A DNA stretch of 64,000 bases. Origin: Nitrosopumilus sp. (GTDB taxonomy: Archaea > Thermoproteota > Nitrososphaeria > Nitrososphaerales > Nitrosopumilaceae). Positions 32,627 to 41,874 of this stretch are shown here, piece after piece. The stretch lies in the NCBI GenBank assembly GCA_965224195.1, contig OZ245040.1:352001-416000 (forward strand). Reading direction: 5' to 3'. The notes below the pieces were generated by a model. That model saw nothing but the letters and a program-made list of their open reading frames with translations, was not told where the DNA came from and did no database searches. Both the position numbers and the translations under genes were made by a program. Positions within the stretch are counted from its first letter, which is position 1. Every line of letters starts with the position of its first letter.

Positions 32627-32942
32627 GGTAGTAGATCTGTTGGCTCCAGTCTAGACGAATAGCCCCATTTCAAGGCGTACAAGATCCGCCACGTTGACGA
32701 GGAAGCGTGGATGCTCCACCTTAGGATTGCTCCCTCCCGGACCTCATCCCTTTCGATGGTTCGGTCTTAGAAGTTATCCCTTCGGATATTTCTAGTCCTG
32801 CAACCACCCGCCTCGGCGTGATTTCATTTCCGCACACCAAGCGGGAATTACCCATCTAGAGATTTACCCAACAGTTGCTGATCTCTGCATATAGCCGGTT
32901 TCAGAATAGGGCACGGCTGGCACCCTGATCCTACCTACTACC
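32627..32942 (-). ncRNA. ffs: Archaeal signal recognition particle (7S) RNA
   Basis: GC-rich ~316-nt island. The ends pair (GGTAGTAG...CTACTACC on the minus strand), and the helix-8 motif GGATGAGGTCC-GGGA-GGGAGCAATCC and helix-6 ATCC-GAAG-GGAT are present. Confidence 0.92.
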
Positions 32943-32973
32943 AATTTTCCTAAGAAAGTATGTTATATTTGCA

Positions 32974-33888
32974 TTAGGTTTGATTTTCTTTTAGTTTTAA
33001 AACTACACTACATACTGAGCATACCTTTCCTGTACAATCGTTTTCACATTTTTCACATTTTGTTTTTTCTTTAGAACTAGAATTTTTGACTGCTGTTGAA
33101 ACTTTGAGAATAGATTGATACAAATTATTTTTAACTCCGCTATGTTGATTTTCTAATGAATTTAAAAATTCACGAATTTCTGTTCGTATTCCCTCATTCA
33201 TGTGTGGACATGGTTCAGATTGAAATGGTATGTCATTTGTAAATGCATAAAAGACTATTTCAGACTCATAAATTTCACAAAAGGGTTTTATTTTTCTTAA
33301 ATCATTTGCAGATGTGTCAGGATCCATCCATCCAATCTTAGTTGTATCTCCAGAAATCATATTTATGACAAATGTTTGTAATGTGTCATCAAGATTGTGA
33401 CCTGTTGCAATGACATCTGCACCAATATCTTTTGCTGCATAGTCTATTGCACGTCTTCTTAGAGTTCCACAGATTGAACATGATGATGTTTTTTCATTAT
33501 CTCGTAAATCAAGTGCTTCATCTAATGTTAATTCAAAAAGATCTTTGTATGCGTAAACTTTGTGTTCTACATTTAGTTCTGTACAGAATTTTTCGACAAT
33601 CTCTAATGCTTCATTTCTATATCCTGGAATTCCTTCATCAATGGTAACTGCTTTTATTTTAAAACTATGAGTTAATGCCATTTCATTAATAATTTTTAAT
33701 AATGCTAGAGAATCTTTCCCTCCAGATACTGCAACAGCTACCAAATCATCGTGTTTGATCATATTGTATTTTGAAATGGTTTTTGCAGTTTTTCTAACAA
33801 TTGACTTTGAGAAGCATTGTGAACAAAGTTTTTCTCCAGAATATTTTCTTGTATATGCTGCAGGATTTTCACATCTGTCGCAACTCAT
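32974..33888 (-). CDS. tRNA 2-thiolation protein (TtuA/Ncs6 family, TIGR00269-like)
   Basis: PP-loop SGGKDS, CSICGTLRR, ATGHNLDD, and N- and C-terminal zinc fingers. Confidence 0.9.
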   Translation of the reverse strand: MSCDRCENPAAYTRKYSGEKLCSQCFSKSIVRKTAKTISKYNMIKHDDLVAVAVSGGKDSLALLKIINEMALTHSFKIKAVTIDEGIPGYRNEALEIVEKFCTELNVEHKVYAYKDLFELTLDEALDLRDNEKTSSCSICGTLRRRAIDYAAKDIGADVIATGHNLDDTLQTFVINMISGDTTKIGWMDPDTSANDLRKIKPFCEIYESEIVFYAFTNDIPFQSEPCPHMNEGIRTEIREFLNSLENQHSGVKNNLYQSILKVSTAVKNSSSKEKTKCEKCENDCTGKVCSVCSVVLKLKENQT

Positions 33889-33931
33889 GAAATCAACTGG
33901 TTTTTTTCATTAATGATTCTTTAGGTATTTT

Positions 33932-35152
33932 TTAGATTGTAAACCATCCAGATTTCCAATATGACAAGGCAATGTTGAGGCCAAATAATGCAAAGGTGAA
34001 TGCGTATATTCCCCACATTACAATGTTGACTGATTTATCTGAAAATCTTTTATCAATAATTGTATGAATGAATTTCCCTCCATCTAAAATTGGTAAAGGA
34101 AGCATATTGATAATTCCAATGAAAAATGAAATCATCCAAAGCCACAACAAGAACATTGAAATGTTAAAATCAACATTCGTCCAATCAATAAAATTCACTA
34201 CAGGTTTGTATGGAATAGCATTATCTCTCATAATTCCTATTAACCCTCTTTCAGGATCATCTGGTGATGCCATCACTTCTAATGTTTTTTCCAATACTTG
34301 TCCATCTCTAATTACAGAAATACTAGCTATTTCTCCTGGATTTAAGCTGGGGAAATCAGCCCAACCACGAATCGGTATATCGTTAATTCTAGTGATAACA
34401 TCATTTGCAAGCAATCCTGCTTGTTCAGCTCCTGAGTTTTCTATAGTTGAAAGTATCAAAACTCCTGATGATACTTCGTAAAATGTGTTTAAGATTGGTT
34501 CACCGAATAATGGAATGCTTTCTAAAACCATTCCAAAAACTGGATTTGTCAATAAAATTGTCCCTAAAACAATTGCAAATAATACATTTGATGTAGCACC
34601 TGCTCCAATCACTCTTAATTTTGAAATCTTTTTAGCTTTATCAAATTCTTCCTCATCTGGTTCTACAAATCCTGCAAACAATGCAATGAATACTGCAAAT
34701 CCACCCGTTTTGATTTTAATTTTTTCTAATGCGGCAACTATACCATGTGCTCCTTCATGCATAACTAGTACGATTGGAATTGAAAGTAGAAAATATGCAA
34801 TAGCTGGTGCTGAAGTTAATGTAACTCCTGGAATTAAGACCGTTAATTGTGAAAATGCCTCTTCTTCTACAAAAAAGTTTGAAACATTATTTATTAAAAA
34901 GTAAAATGCAAATCCCATCATAATAAAACCTGCAATTACACTTACATCTGCAAAAACTCTGATGCCTCTTTTTGTTCGTCCAAGTAATTTGATTAATACA
35001 TCATTGACATCTTTATTCTTGTATACAAGACTATACGCCTTTAATTCAAAACCGTATTTTTCTAATTTGAGAGCTTTTGCAATTACTATAATGACTACCC
35101 AAGCCATTAAGACATAGATTATTGCATTCTGAGTAATAAAATCAAGTTCCAA
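33932..35152 (-). CDS. Site-2 (M50) intramembrane metalloprotease with PDZ domain
   Basis: HEGAH, NMLPLPILDGG and a PDZ segment (SGAEQAGLLANDVI). Confidence 0.92.
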   Translation of the reverse strand: MELDFITQNAIIYVLMAWVVIIVIAKALKLEKYGFELKAYSLVYKNKDVNDVLIKLLGRTKRGIRVFADVSVIAGFIMMGFAFYFLINNVSNFFVEEEAFSQLTVLIPGVTLTSAPAIAYFLLSIPIVLVMHEGAHGIVAALEKIKIKTGGFAVFIALFAGFVEPDEEEFDKAKKISKLRVIGAGATSNVLFAIVLGTILLTNPVFGMVLESIPLFGEPILNTFYEVSSGVLILSTIENSGAEQAGLLANDVITRINDIPIRGWADFPSLNPGEIASISVIRDGQVLEKTLEVMASPDDPERGLIGIMRDNAIPYKPVVNFIDWTNVDFNISMFLLWLWMISFFIGIINMLPLPILDGGKFIHTIIDKRFSDKSVNIVMWGIYAFTFALFGLNIALSYWKSGWFTI

Positions 35153-35195
35153 ACTAATTGTTAATTTTTTAAGGTACAGCCATTTATCGTTTACT

Positions 35196-35507
35196 ATGAA
35201 ACCAGTAATAATTATCTCTACATATCCTGATAAAAAATCAATCTCTAAAATTTCAAAAGAACTTGTAAAAAATAAGACAGTTGCATGCGTAAATATTTCT
35301 AAAATTTCATCAATTTACTCTTGGAAAGGTAAAGTGGAAAATTCATCAGAATATCTTGCTATATTCAAAACAATTTCAAAAAATAAGACTATACTAAAAA
35401 GGAAAATCAAGGAAACTCATCCATATGATGTTCCAGAAATAGCGGAAATCGATGTATCATCAATTAACAAATCTTATCTAAAATGGTTAACTGAATCTAC
35501 TTCCTAA
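35196..35507 (+). CDS. cutA: Divalent-cation tolerance protein CutA
   Basis: ACVN, SIYSWKG and HPYDVPEI motifs. Confidence 0.93.
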   Translation: MKPVIIISTYPDKKSISKISKELVKNKTVACVNISKISSIYSWKGKVENSSEYLAIFKTISKNKTILKRKIKETHPYDVPEIAEIDVSSINKSYLKWLTESTS

Positions 35508-36556
35508 GATTCAATTGAATATCTTAGTAGAGAAACAATTCCACCTAAACCTGTAACTCTAAGACCAATATCTGTTGAAGAATCAACACTGTAAATTTTT
35601 ACTCCCTTGTTTTCTGCATCATTTAGAAAATTCATCATTTCTTGTTCATCATTGTCTTGCATTGCCTTATCAGAAAATACTAACGATTCAACTGCACCCA
35701 TTTGATTTGCATTAAAAGTTTCATTATACCCCATAGTAAATTTTTTACTTTTTTTGTTTGCCAAAATCATAACTTCATCAATTATTGATGAAGCTTTGGC
35801 TAATTTACTATCTGACATTATTTCTTGCATTGATTGTGATTTTGTAAATGTGTAGATCCCATCTTCTCCACCTGAATCAATTCCATCAACAACTTGAATT
35901 TTGAATTTTTGAAGTTTTTGAGATTTTTCTATGAAATTTGCAAATCTCTTCTTTGTTTCACCTGGGCCAAAAATCACTATCGTATCTCCTTCTTTGAAGA
36001 TGGATGATAGTGCTAACTGGACCTGCTCAAAGAATTTTTCAATATTGAAACTAGTCTTGTATCTTTTTCCACCAGATCCTGAATAGATATTTGGCATAAA
36101 TTCCAAATGTGTACCTCTTAATCTAGCAATACCGCTATCACTAGTGTCAATTGCTACTAAAACAAAACTAATTTGATCATTACTTGATTCCAAAAGTTTT
36201 TTTTCCATTGGCAACCATTTTTTCTTTGAAATTGTAATCCCATCATTTAGTTTTAGAATAAATGAATGATGTGAACCATGTGGTACTGATTCATTACTTG
36301 ATTCAGAAATTGTACCACCTACTCTTAATTTATCTAAGACATCATCAAGTGAAATTTTTTCTACTGTTAATGCTATTCTAATTTTAATTCTCTCACCCTT
36401 ATCTGGCCTTGCATAATCTTTATCTTGCTTTAGAACTCTTGTTGTATCTCCAATCACTTTATCATTTTCCTTGATAATACGACGTAGATTCAAAAGATCT
36501 TCAGAGTCTTCTGGTATGACTGATATTGAATTTTCATCTATTGTCTTTGTAATCAT
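35504..36556 (-). CDS. pelA: Pelota (ribosome rescue factor)
   Basis: PEDSEDLLNLRRII, GSHHS, GPGETK and GLGGIVSLLRY motifs. Confidence 0.92.
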   Translation of the reverse strand: MITKTIDENSISVIPEDSEDLLNLRRIIKENDKVIGDTTRVLKQDKDYARPDKGERIKIRIALTVEKISLDDVLDKLRVGGTISESSNESVPHGSHHSFILKLNDGITISKKKWLPMEKKLLESSNDQISFVLVAIDTSDSGIARLRGTHLEFMPNIYSGSGGKRYKTSFNIEKFFEQVQLALSSIFKEGDTIVIFGPGETKKRFANFIEKSQKLQKFKIQVVDGIDSGGEDGIYTFTKSQSMQEIMSDSKLAKASSIIDEVMILANKKSKKFTMGYNETFNANQMGAVESLVFSDKAMQDNDEQEMMNFLNDAENKGVKIYSVDSSTDIGLRVTGLGGIVSLLRYSIES

Positions 36557-36588
36557 GATATTATCCTAATTTACAAAAAGAAAATAGT

Positions 36589-37005
36589 TTAACTTGTGCT
36601 TTCTTCTGTTTTTGCTTCTTCTGATTTCTTTTTTAGATAATTTTCAACCCACTCTAAAGTGAGAACACCTGATTCAGATAAATTTGTTAAAGAATTTGCA
36701 GAAGCTTCTCCTGATACTTTACCGTTGTTTCTTTTTAATTGTCTCCATTTTAGAAATGTATTGCCACTTTTTGAATTATAGATTATTCCTAAAACATCTT
36801 TTCCATTAACAAAAGTAACATCTCTAATTTTTTTCAAAGTAACTTTATCAGCTGCTTCGACATAAATTGCACCAAGATTATCTTCTCTTTCAGCAAAAAC
36901 CTCAATATCTTCCAAATAAGCTCTTGGTGCATAAGACATGCATGTACTAGAAATGACAAATCGTCTAAAACTTTCCAATGATGCTGGAGTATCTATTGCA
37001 ACCAT
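36589..37005 (-). CDS. Hypothetical protein (138 aa)
   Basis: Clean ORF with core-like codon usage; no family recognised. Confidence 0.7.
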   Translation of the reverse strand: MVAIDTPASLESFRRFVISSTCMSYAPRAYLEDIEVFAEREDNLGAIYVEAADKVTLKKIRDVTFVNGKDVLGIIYNSKSGNTFLKWRQLKRNNGKVSGEASANSLTNLSESGVLTLEWVENYLKKKSEEAKTEESTS

Positions 37006-37080
37006 TTGGAATGATTGAACTATTGGCCATTTATCAAGCTTCTTGAAAGACTCAATAGGTAACTATTTGAAATATGCCAT

Positions 37081-37140
37081 GCGGGCAGTGATGTACCTAT
37101 CCCTTTGATTGATGATGAGGATCTTGAGTTCTGAGCCTGC
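37081..37140 (+). ncRNA. C/D-box guide sRNA
   Basis: GCGGGC-A-GTGATGT(C)-ACCTATCCCT-TTGA(D')-TTG-ATGATGA(C')-GGATCTTGAGTT-CTGA(D)-GCCTGC, with a 6-bp terminal stem, in an intergenic gap. Confidence 0.85.
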
Positions 37141-37175
37141 TTAGGATTTTAATTAATGCTAATCATTGAAAAATC

Positions 37176-37595
37176 ATGAAATCTTTTACTGAATATCTAA
37201 CATTTAAAGTAAAAACTAGACGAGCCTTTGTCAATATTACTAATGATGTGAGTAAACTGGTAACAAAAAGTAAAGTTCAGGAAGGTCTTTGTCTTGTAAA
37301 CGCAATGCACATCACAGCAAGTGTTTTCATTAATGATAATGAAGATGGATTGTTACATGATTATGAAAAATGGTTAGAGAGATTGGCTCCACATGCACCA
37401 ACTGCACAATATGATCATAACAATACAGGTGAGGACAATGCTGATGCTCATTTAAAACGACAAGTGATGGGAAGAGAAGTTGTAGTTGCAATAACTAATG
37501 GCAAATTAGATTTTGGACCATGGGAAGAAATCTTCTATGGTGAATTTGATGGTAAAAGATCAAAAAGAGTTTTAGTTAAAATTATTGGCGAATAA
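37176..37595 (+). CDS. yjbQ: YjbQ/UPF0047 family protein
   Basis: HITAS, NADAHLK and [13 protein letters not shown] motifs. Confidence 0.9.
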   Translation: MKSFTEYLTFKVKTRRAFVNITNDVSKLVTKSKVQEGLCLVNAMHITASVFINDNEDGLLHDYEKWLERLAPHAPTAQYDHNNTGEDNADAHLKRQVMGREVVVAITNGKLDFGPWEEIFYGEFDGKRSKRVLVKIIGE

Positions 37596-37760
37596 TTATC
37601 CAAAGTCTGCATCACGTTTTTGACTTTGTGATTCATTCTTTCTTGCAGCATCTCTGAATTCATCATTATGATTTTGAGGTCCATGTCCACATTTTACACA
37701 TGCAATTTTGAATCCGTCATCATTTTTTTCACAAGTTTCGCAACCACAAAAACATGCCAT
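37596..37760 (-). CDS. Cys/His-rich 54-aa metal-binding microprotein (not in ORF track)
   Basis: Hand-translated MACFCGCETCEKNDDGFKIACVKCGHGPQNHNDEFRDAARKNESQSQKRDADFG. It exactly fills the gap between yjbQ and the DtxR regulator. Confidence 0.7.
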   Translation of the reverse strand: MACFCGCETCEKNDDGFKIACVKCGHGPQNHNDEFRDAARKNESQSQKRDADFG

Positions 37761-37803
37761 GATTAAATATAATTTTTAAGATGATATATCTTTTGGGTTG
37801 AGA

Positions 37804-38253
37804 TTATGCTGACTTGCAACATTCGCCCATTGGAATTTCATGATCATGTGGACATTTCCTTGGATGCTTTAACATTGTACAAAGAGCATCTGTAAATTGC
37901 TTGTTCATGTGATGCTCAATTCCACAAACCATTTCCTCATCAATTTCTACTTTGAGTGCACTATCCATGAGTACCTCTAGTAATCTACTGTTTCTCATCA
38001 TACTGGAACCAATCCTTTCCCCATCTTCTGTAAGTCTTACACCTGCTTTATTGTAATTTACAAGATTTTTCAAATTTAATTTCTTGAGCATTTGAACAAC
38101 ACTTGGTTGTCTTACATGGAGTATTTTTGCAATTGTACTAATTTTTACATCTTCTCCTCTTTCTTTGATGTGCCAAATTGCTTTAAGATACATCTCTACA
38201 TGTTCTGCTTCTGCAGTACCTACAAAGAGTGTCTCTTCATCTAAGGCATCCAT
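37804..38253 (-). CDS. DtxR/MntR-family metal-dependent transcriptional regulator
   Basis: EMYLKAI, HTH (VRQPSVVQMLKKL), CGIEHH and CPHDHEIP motifs. Confidence 0.9.
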   Translation of the reverse strand: MDALDEETLFVGTAEAEHVEMYLKAIWHIKERGEDVKISTIAKILHVRQPSVVQMLKKLNLKNLVNYNKAGVRLTEDGERIGSSMMRNSRLLEVLMDSALKVEIDEEMVCGIEHHMNKQFTDALCTMLKHPRKCPHDHEIPMGECCKSA

Positions 38254-38255
38254 AT

Positions 38256-39023
38256 CTACACCTTCTTTGAATCTTTTAATAAATATTCAAAATATTGACG
38301 TGCAAAACCTGCCAATCCTGCATGATCTGCCCAAATAGCAACAACTTCTGAAGAATTCACTCCTCCTAATTCTGGTCCTAAGAGAATTACTACATACCTT
38401 TTATCTGAAATTATACCTCCTCCAAACAATCCTCTCTTGATTGTTACTTTGGCAACTCTTTTGATTGCCCTGATTGATTCCTTATCCATTTTATCTGATG
38501 CGAGAATCGTAATATCTACTCCTTTGTCGTGAAGTGATCTTAATTTTGGTAATGCTTGCTTTACTAGTTCTACTCCTGCTTCAGGTAATGCAATCATTAC
38601 TTCATTTCTACATGTATCTACCATTTCCAAAATTTTAGCTGCAATATTTACTGCACCAGATAAAACCCAAATATCTGGTCTTTCACTAGTACCACTTTTC
38701 TCGTATAATGGAACTAGTTCATTTAGAATTATGTTTTGATTCTGTGAAAAATCATTTTCCATCTTTTGTTTTGTAGTTTCTAGTCCTGTTGATGGAGACT
38801 TTGCAAAATATTTTGTTGGTCTTGCATCATCTGAACCAATCCATCCTTTCTCTTCCAAAGTTCCCAATACTTCGTAAATTTTTGAATATGGAACTCCTGA
38901 TTTTTGACTAAGATCTGATGCTGTTAATTCTCCCGACTTTAGTAAAGCTGAAAATGTTCTAATTTCATAACTGGTAAGGCCTATTTTCTCTAATGACTTT
39001 CGTGTTTTATCAGATATGCTCAT
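38256..39023 (-). CDS. TrmB-family transcriptional regulator
   Basis: GLTSYE...SGVPYSKIYEVLGTLEEKGW wHTH plus a PLD-like effector domain. Confidence 0.9.
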   Translation of the reverse strand: MSISDKTRKSLEKIGLTSYEIRTFSALLKSGELTASDLSQKSGVPYSKIYEVLGTLEEKGWIGSDDARPTKYFAKSPSTGLETTKQKMENDFSQNQNIILNELVPLYEKSGTSERPDIWVLSGAVNIAAKILEMVDTCRNEVMIALPEAGVELVKQALPKLRSLHDKGVDITILASDKMDKESIRAIKRVAKVTIKRGLFGGGIISDKRYVVILLGPELGGVNSSEVVAIWADHAGLAGFARQYFEYLLKDSKKV

Positions 39024-39048
39024 ATGCGATCTTGTCGATCAGTTTTGC

Positions 39049-39117
39049 TATTTAAATCAGGTATGCCTACCTCCTAAACTCCCCACGGGGGCAAGTAGGA
39101 AATGGATTATATACCAT
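39049..39117. promoter_or_regulatory. Divergent trmB/tes promoter region: back-to-back TATA boxes with intervening inverted repeats
   Basis: TTTAAATA on the minus strand (~39049-39056) lies 26-33 nt before the trmB ATG. TTATATA (39107-39113) lies about 30 nt before the tes ATG at 39142. Confidence 0.6.
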
Positions 39118-39141
39118 CTCAGAAAAATCAACAATACAGGC

Positions 39142-40806
39142 ATGGCACTAATTCAGATATCCAATCAATCAACTAAAAATTTAGGCAAGAAATCTACAAT
39201 TAGATTCACTCAAAGTATTTGTCCAGACTGTAACATGATTCTGGATGCTGAAGTCTTTGAGCGCGATAATCAAGTTTTCATGTCAAAAGTTTGTCCAACT
39301 CACGGTGAATGTGAGGAATTATACTTTGGTTCTTATGAAATGTACAAAAAATTCAGTACATACTGGATGGATGGCAAAGGTGCTCATTCTCCAAACGTAA
39401 TGATTGACAAATGTTCATGTCCAAATAACTGTGGATTATGTTCAAACCACCTATCTCATAGTGGATTAGCAAACATGATTGTAACTAACAGATGTGATTT
39501 AACGTGCTGGTACTGTTTCTTTTATGTAAAGAAGGGACTTGAAGGCGCTTACATGTATGAGCCAGACCATACCCAAATTAGAGGCATGATGAAGACTCTA
39601 AGAGCTGAGAGACCAATTCCAGGAAACTCTATGCAAATTACTGGTGGTGAACCAATGCTAAGAGAAGATATTGCCGATGTTATCAAAATTATGAAAGAAG
39701 AAGGTGTTGACCATATTCAAATGAATACTAATGGTATTAGACATGCAATGGATCCAGAAGCTGCAAGAGAAGTAAGACTTGCTGGATGTAACAACTTGTA
39801 TCTATCTTTTGATGGTGTAACTGCAAGAACAAACCCAAAGAACCACTGGGAAATCCCATATGCCCTTGACAGTTGCAGAAAAACAGGAACTACTGTAGTG
39901 TTTGTTCCAACAGTAATCAAATCAATTAACGACCACGAACTAGGTGGAATTATTAGATATGCACAAAAGAACATGGATATAGTTCATGCAGTAAACTTTC
40001 AACCAGTATCATTAACTGGAAGAATGGGAAAAACTGAACGTGAAAAGTATAGAATCACAGTTCCTGATTGTGTGCAAAGAATTGAAGAACAAACAAACGG
40101 TGAAGTAACTGTTGATGATTGGTTCCCAGTACCAAGTTGCATGCCGCTAACAAATGTAATTGAAGCATTTTCAAGTAAACCAAAGTATGAACTATCAATC
40201 CACTTTGCTTGTGGTGCAGGAACATACATCTTTGAAGATGCAGATACAAAGAAGTTTGTCCCATTAACAAAATTCTGTGACATTCAAGGAATGTTAGAAT
40301 TATTTGAAGATAAAGCAGAGGAAATTCGTTCTGGTAAAAACAAGTATTTTACAATGCTTGAAGTTGTTAGAAAACTCAAAGGCTTTGTTGATTCAAAGAA
40401 GCAACCAGCAGGATTAGATTTAGCTAAAATGTTTGGTAACATCCTAATGAAGAGATCATTTGATTCAGTTGGTTCATGGCACGTCAAAGGATTATTCCTT
40501 GGTATGATGCACTTTCAAGACAAATACAATGAAGATCTTGAAAGATTACAAAGATGTGACATTCACTATGTAACTCCAGACCTCAGAATAGTTCCATTTT
40601 GTGCATTTAATGTAATTCCAGAATGGTATAGAGACAGAATACAAAAGAAATATTCTATCACTGTAGAGGAATGGGAAGAAAGAGAAGGCGTCAAATTAGA
40701 AGATGGTCTTTACAGAGGACTCATGAGACGTGGAGCCGGTGATGAACTTGCTGCTGGCTGTGCAAAGAGTGAAATGTTCCATGCTGCAGAACAAGCAACA
40801 ACGTAA
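39142..40806 (+). CDS. tes: Tetraether lipid synthase Tes / GDGT macrocyclase (radical SAM)
   Basis: N-terminal CPDC...CPTHG metal site, CPNNCGLCSNH, radical-SAM CDLTCWYC, and C-terminal RCDIHY...PFCAFN. ATG 39142 is preferred over 39016, which overlaps trmB. Confidence 0.88.
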   Translation: MALIQISNQSTKNLGKKSTIRFTQSICPDCNMILDAEVFERDNQVFMSKVCPTHGECEELYFGSYEMYKKFSTYWMDGKGAHSPNVMIDKCSCPNNCGLCSNHLSHSGLANMIVTNRCDLTCWYCFFYVKKGLEGAYMYEPDHTQIRGMMKTLRAERPIPGNSMQITGGEPMLREDIADVIKIMKEEGVDHIQMNTNGIRHAMDPEAAREVRLAGCNNLYLSFDGVTARTNPKNHWEIPYALDSCRKTGTTVVFVPTVIKSINDHELGGIIRYAQKNMDIVHAVNFQPVSLTGRMGKTEREKYRITVPDCVQRIEEQTNGEVTVDDWFPVPSCMPLTNVIEAFSSKPKYELSIHFACGAGTYIFEDADTKKFVPLTKFCDIQGMLELFEDKAEEIRSGKNKYFTMLEVVRKLKGFVDSKKQPAGLDLAKMFGNILMKRSFDSVGSWHVKGLFLGMMHFQDKYNEDLERLQRCDIHYVTPDLRIVPFCAFNVIPEWYRDRIQKKYSITVEEWEEREGVKLEDGLYRGLMRRGAGDELAAGCAKSEMFHAAEQATT

Positions 40807-40856
40807 TAGGATATTTTAATACAATACCTTAAAAACTACACAACCAATTTTTATTT

Positions 40857-41870
40857 GTGAAAATTTTACTTATTTCACCAACACAGTCTGGGATAGGGGG
40901 AATTGCTCAACATGTGCAGGGATTGGCAAATTTTTTAAAAAATAATGGACATGAAGTAGAAATTATTTCTTCAGAAAATACATTCACAATTCCAATTAAA
41001 GGATTAAAAAATCTGAGTTTCATGATTTCATCTTTAATCAAATCAAAATTTAAAAAAAATTTTGATATCGTTCATGCACATAACGTTCCTTCAGCATTAG
41101 CCATGAAGAATATATCTGGAAAAAAAATTCTTACAATTCATGGAATGTTTGCACAACAAGTAGAACAACTTCATGGTAAAACAACTGGTAGCATTTCAAA
41201 AAAATTTGAAGCAGATGCATTATCCTGGGCAGACGTGATTACTGTAATATCTAAAGAAGCTCTTGAACACTATTCTAAGTTTGGTTATAATACAATTCAA
41301 ATTCCAAACGGTATAGATCCTTCTTCTTTTAATTTATGTGAAGATAGGAGATATAAAAAACAAATTATATTTGCAGGACGACTATCGAAAGAAAAAGGAA
41401 CTGATACTTTAATTGATATTTGTAAAAAATTACCTGATGATATACACATGATTATTGTTGGTGAAGGCCCTGAAAAATATTCTATTGAAAAAATTTCTTC
41501 TAAGAAAAATAATATTATTGTTTTAGGTTCTCAAAAGCATAAAAAAACTATTTCTTTAATCAAAGGATCTGATATACTATTACAACCATCTTTATTTGAA
41601 GGAATAAGTACAACCATTTTAGAAGCAATGGCTTGTAAGACATTAGTACTTACAACTAACGTTGGTGGTAATACTGAAATTATAAAAAATAATGAAACAG
41701 GAATTTTGGTTCCTGTTAACTCCTCTGAAAAATTCCTTACTGCTATATCATCAGTTTTTTCGAATACTTTTAATGATATAAAAATTACTCACAATGCTTA
41801 TGAATTTATAAAAAATTTTGATTGGGAAATTATTGGTAAGAAGTATTTAGAATTATACAAATCATTATGA
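40857..41870 (+). CDS. GT4 glycosyltransferase
   Basis: GGIAQHV, FAGRLSKEKG and EGISTTILEAMAC (ExxxxxxxE) motifs. Confidence 0.9.
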   Translation: MKILLISPTQSGIGGIAQHVQGLANFLKNNGHEVEIISSENTFTIPIKGLKNLSFMISSLIKSKFKKNFDIVHAHNVPSALAMKNISGKKILTIHGMFAQQVEQLHGKTTGSISKKFEADALSWADVITVISKEALEHYSKFGYNTIQIPNGIDPSSFNLCEDRRYKKQIIFAGRLSKEKGTDTLIDICKKLPDDIHMIIVGEGPEKYSIEKISSKKNNIIVLGSQKHKKTISLIKGSDILLQPSLFEGISTTILEAMACKTLVLTTNVGGNTEIIKNNETGILVPVNSSEKFLTAISSVFSNTFNDIKITHNAYEFIKNFDWEIIGKKYLELYKSL

Positions 41871-41874
41871 ACAT

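Noticed and set aside
39016-39141. 42-aa N-terminal extension of Tes in the ORF track
   Set aside because: It overlaps the trmB start and spans both promoters; ATG 39142 follows a well-placed TATA box.
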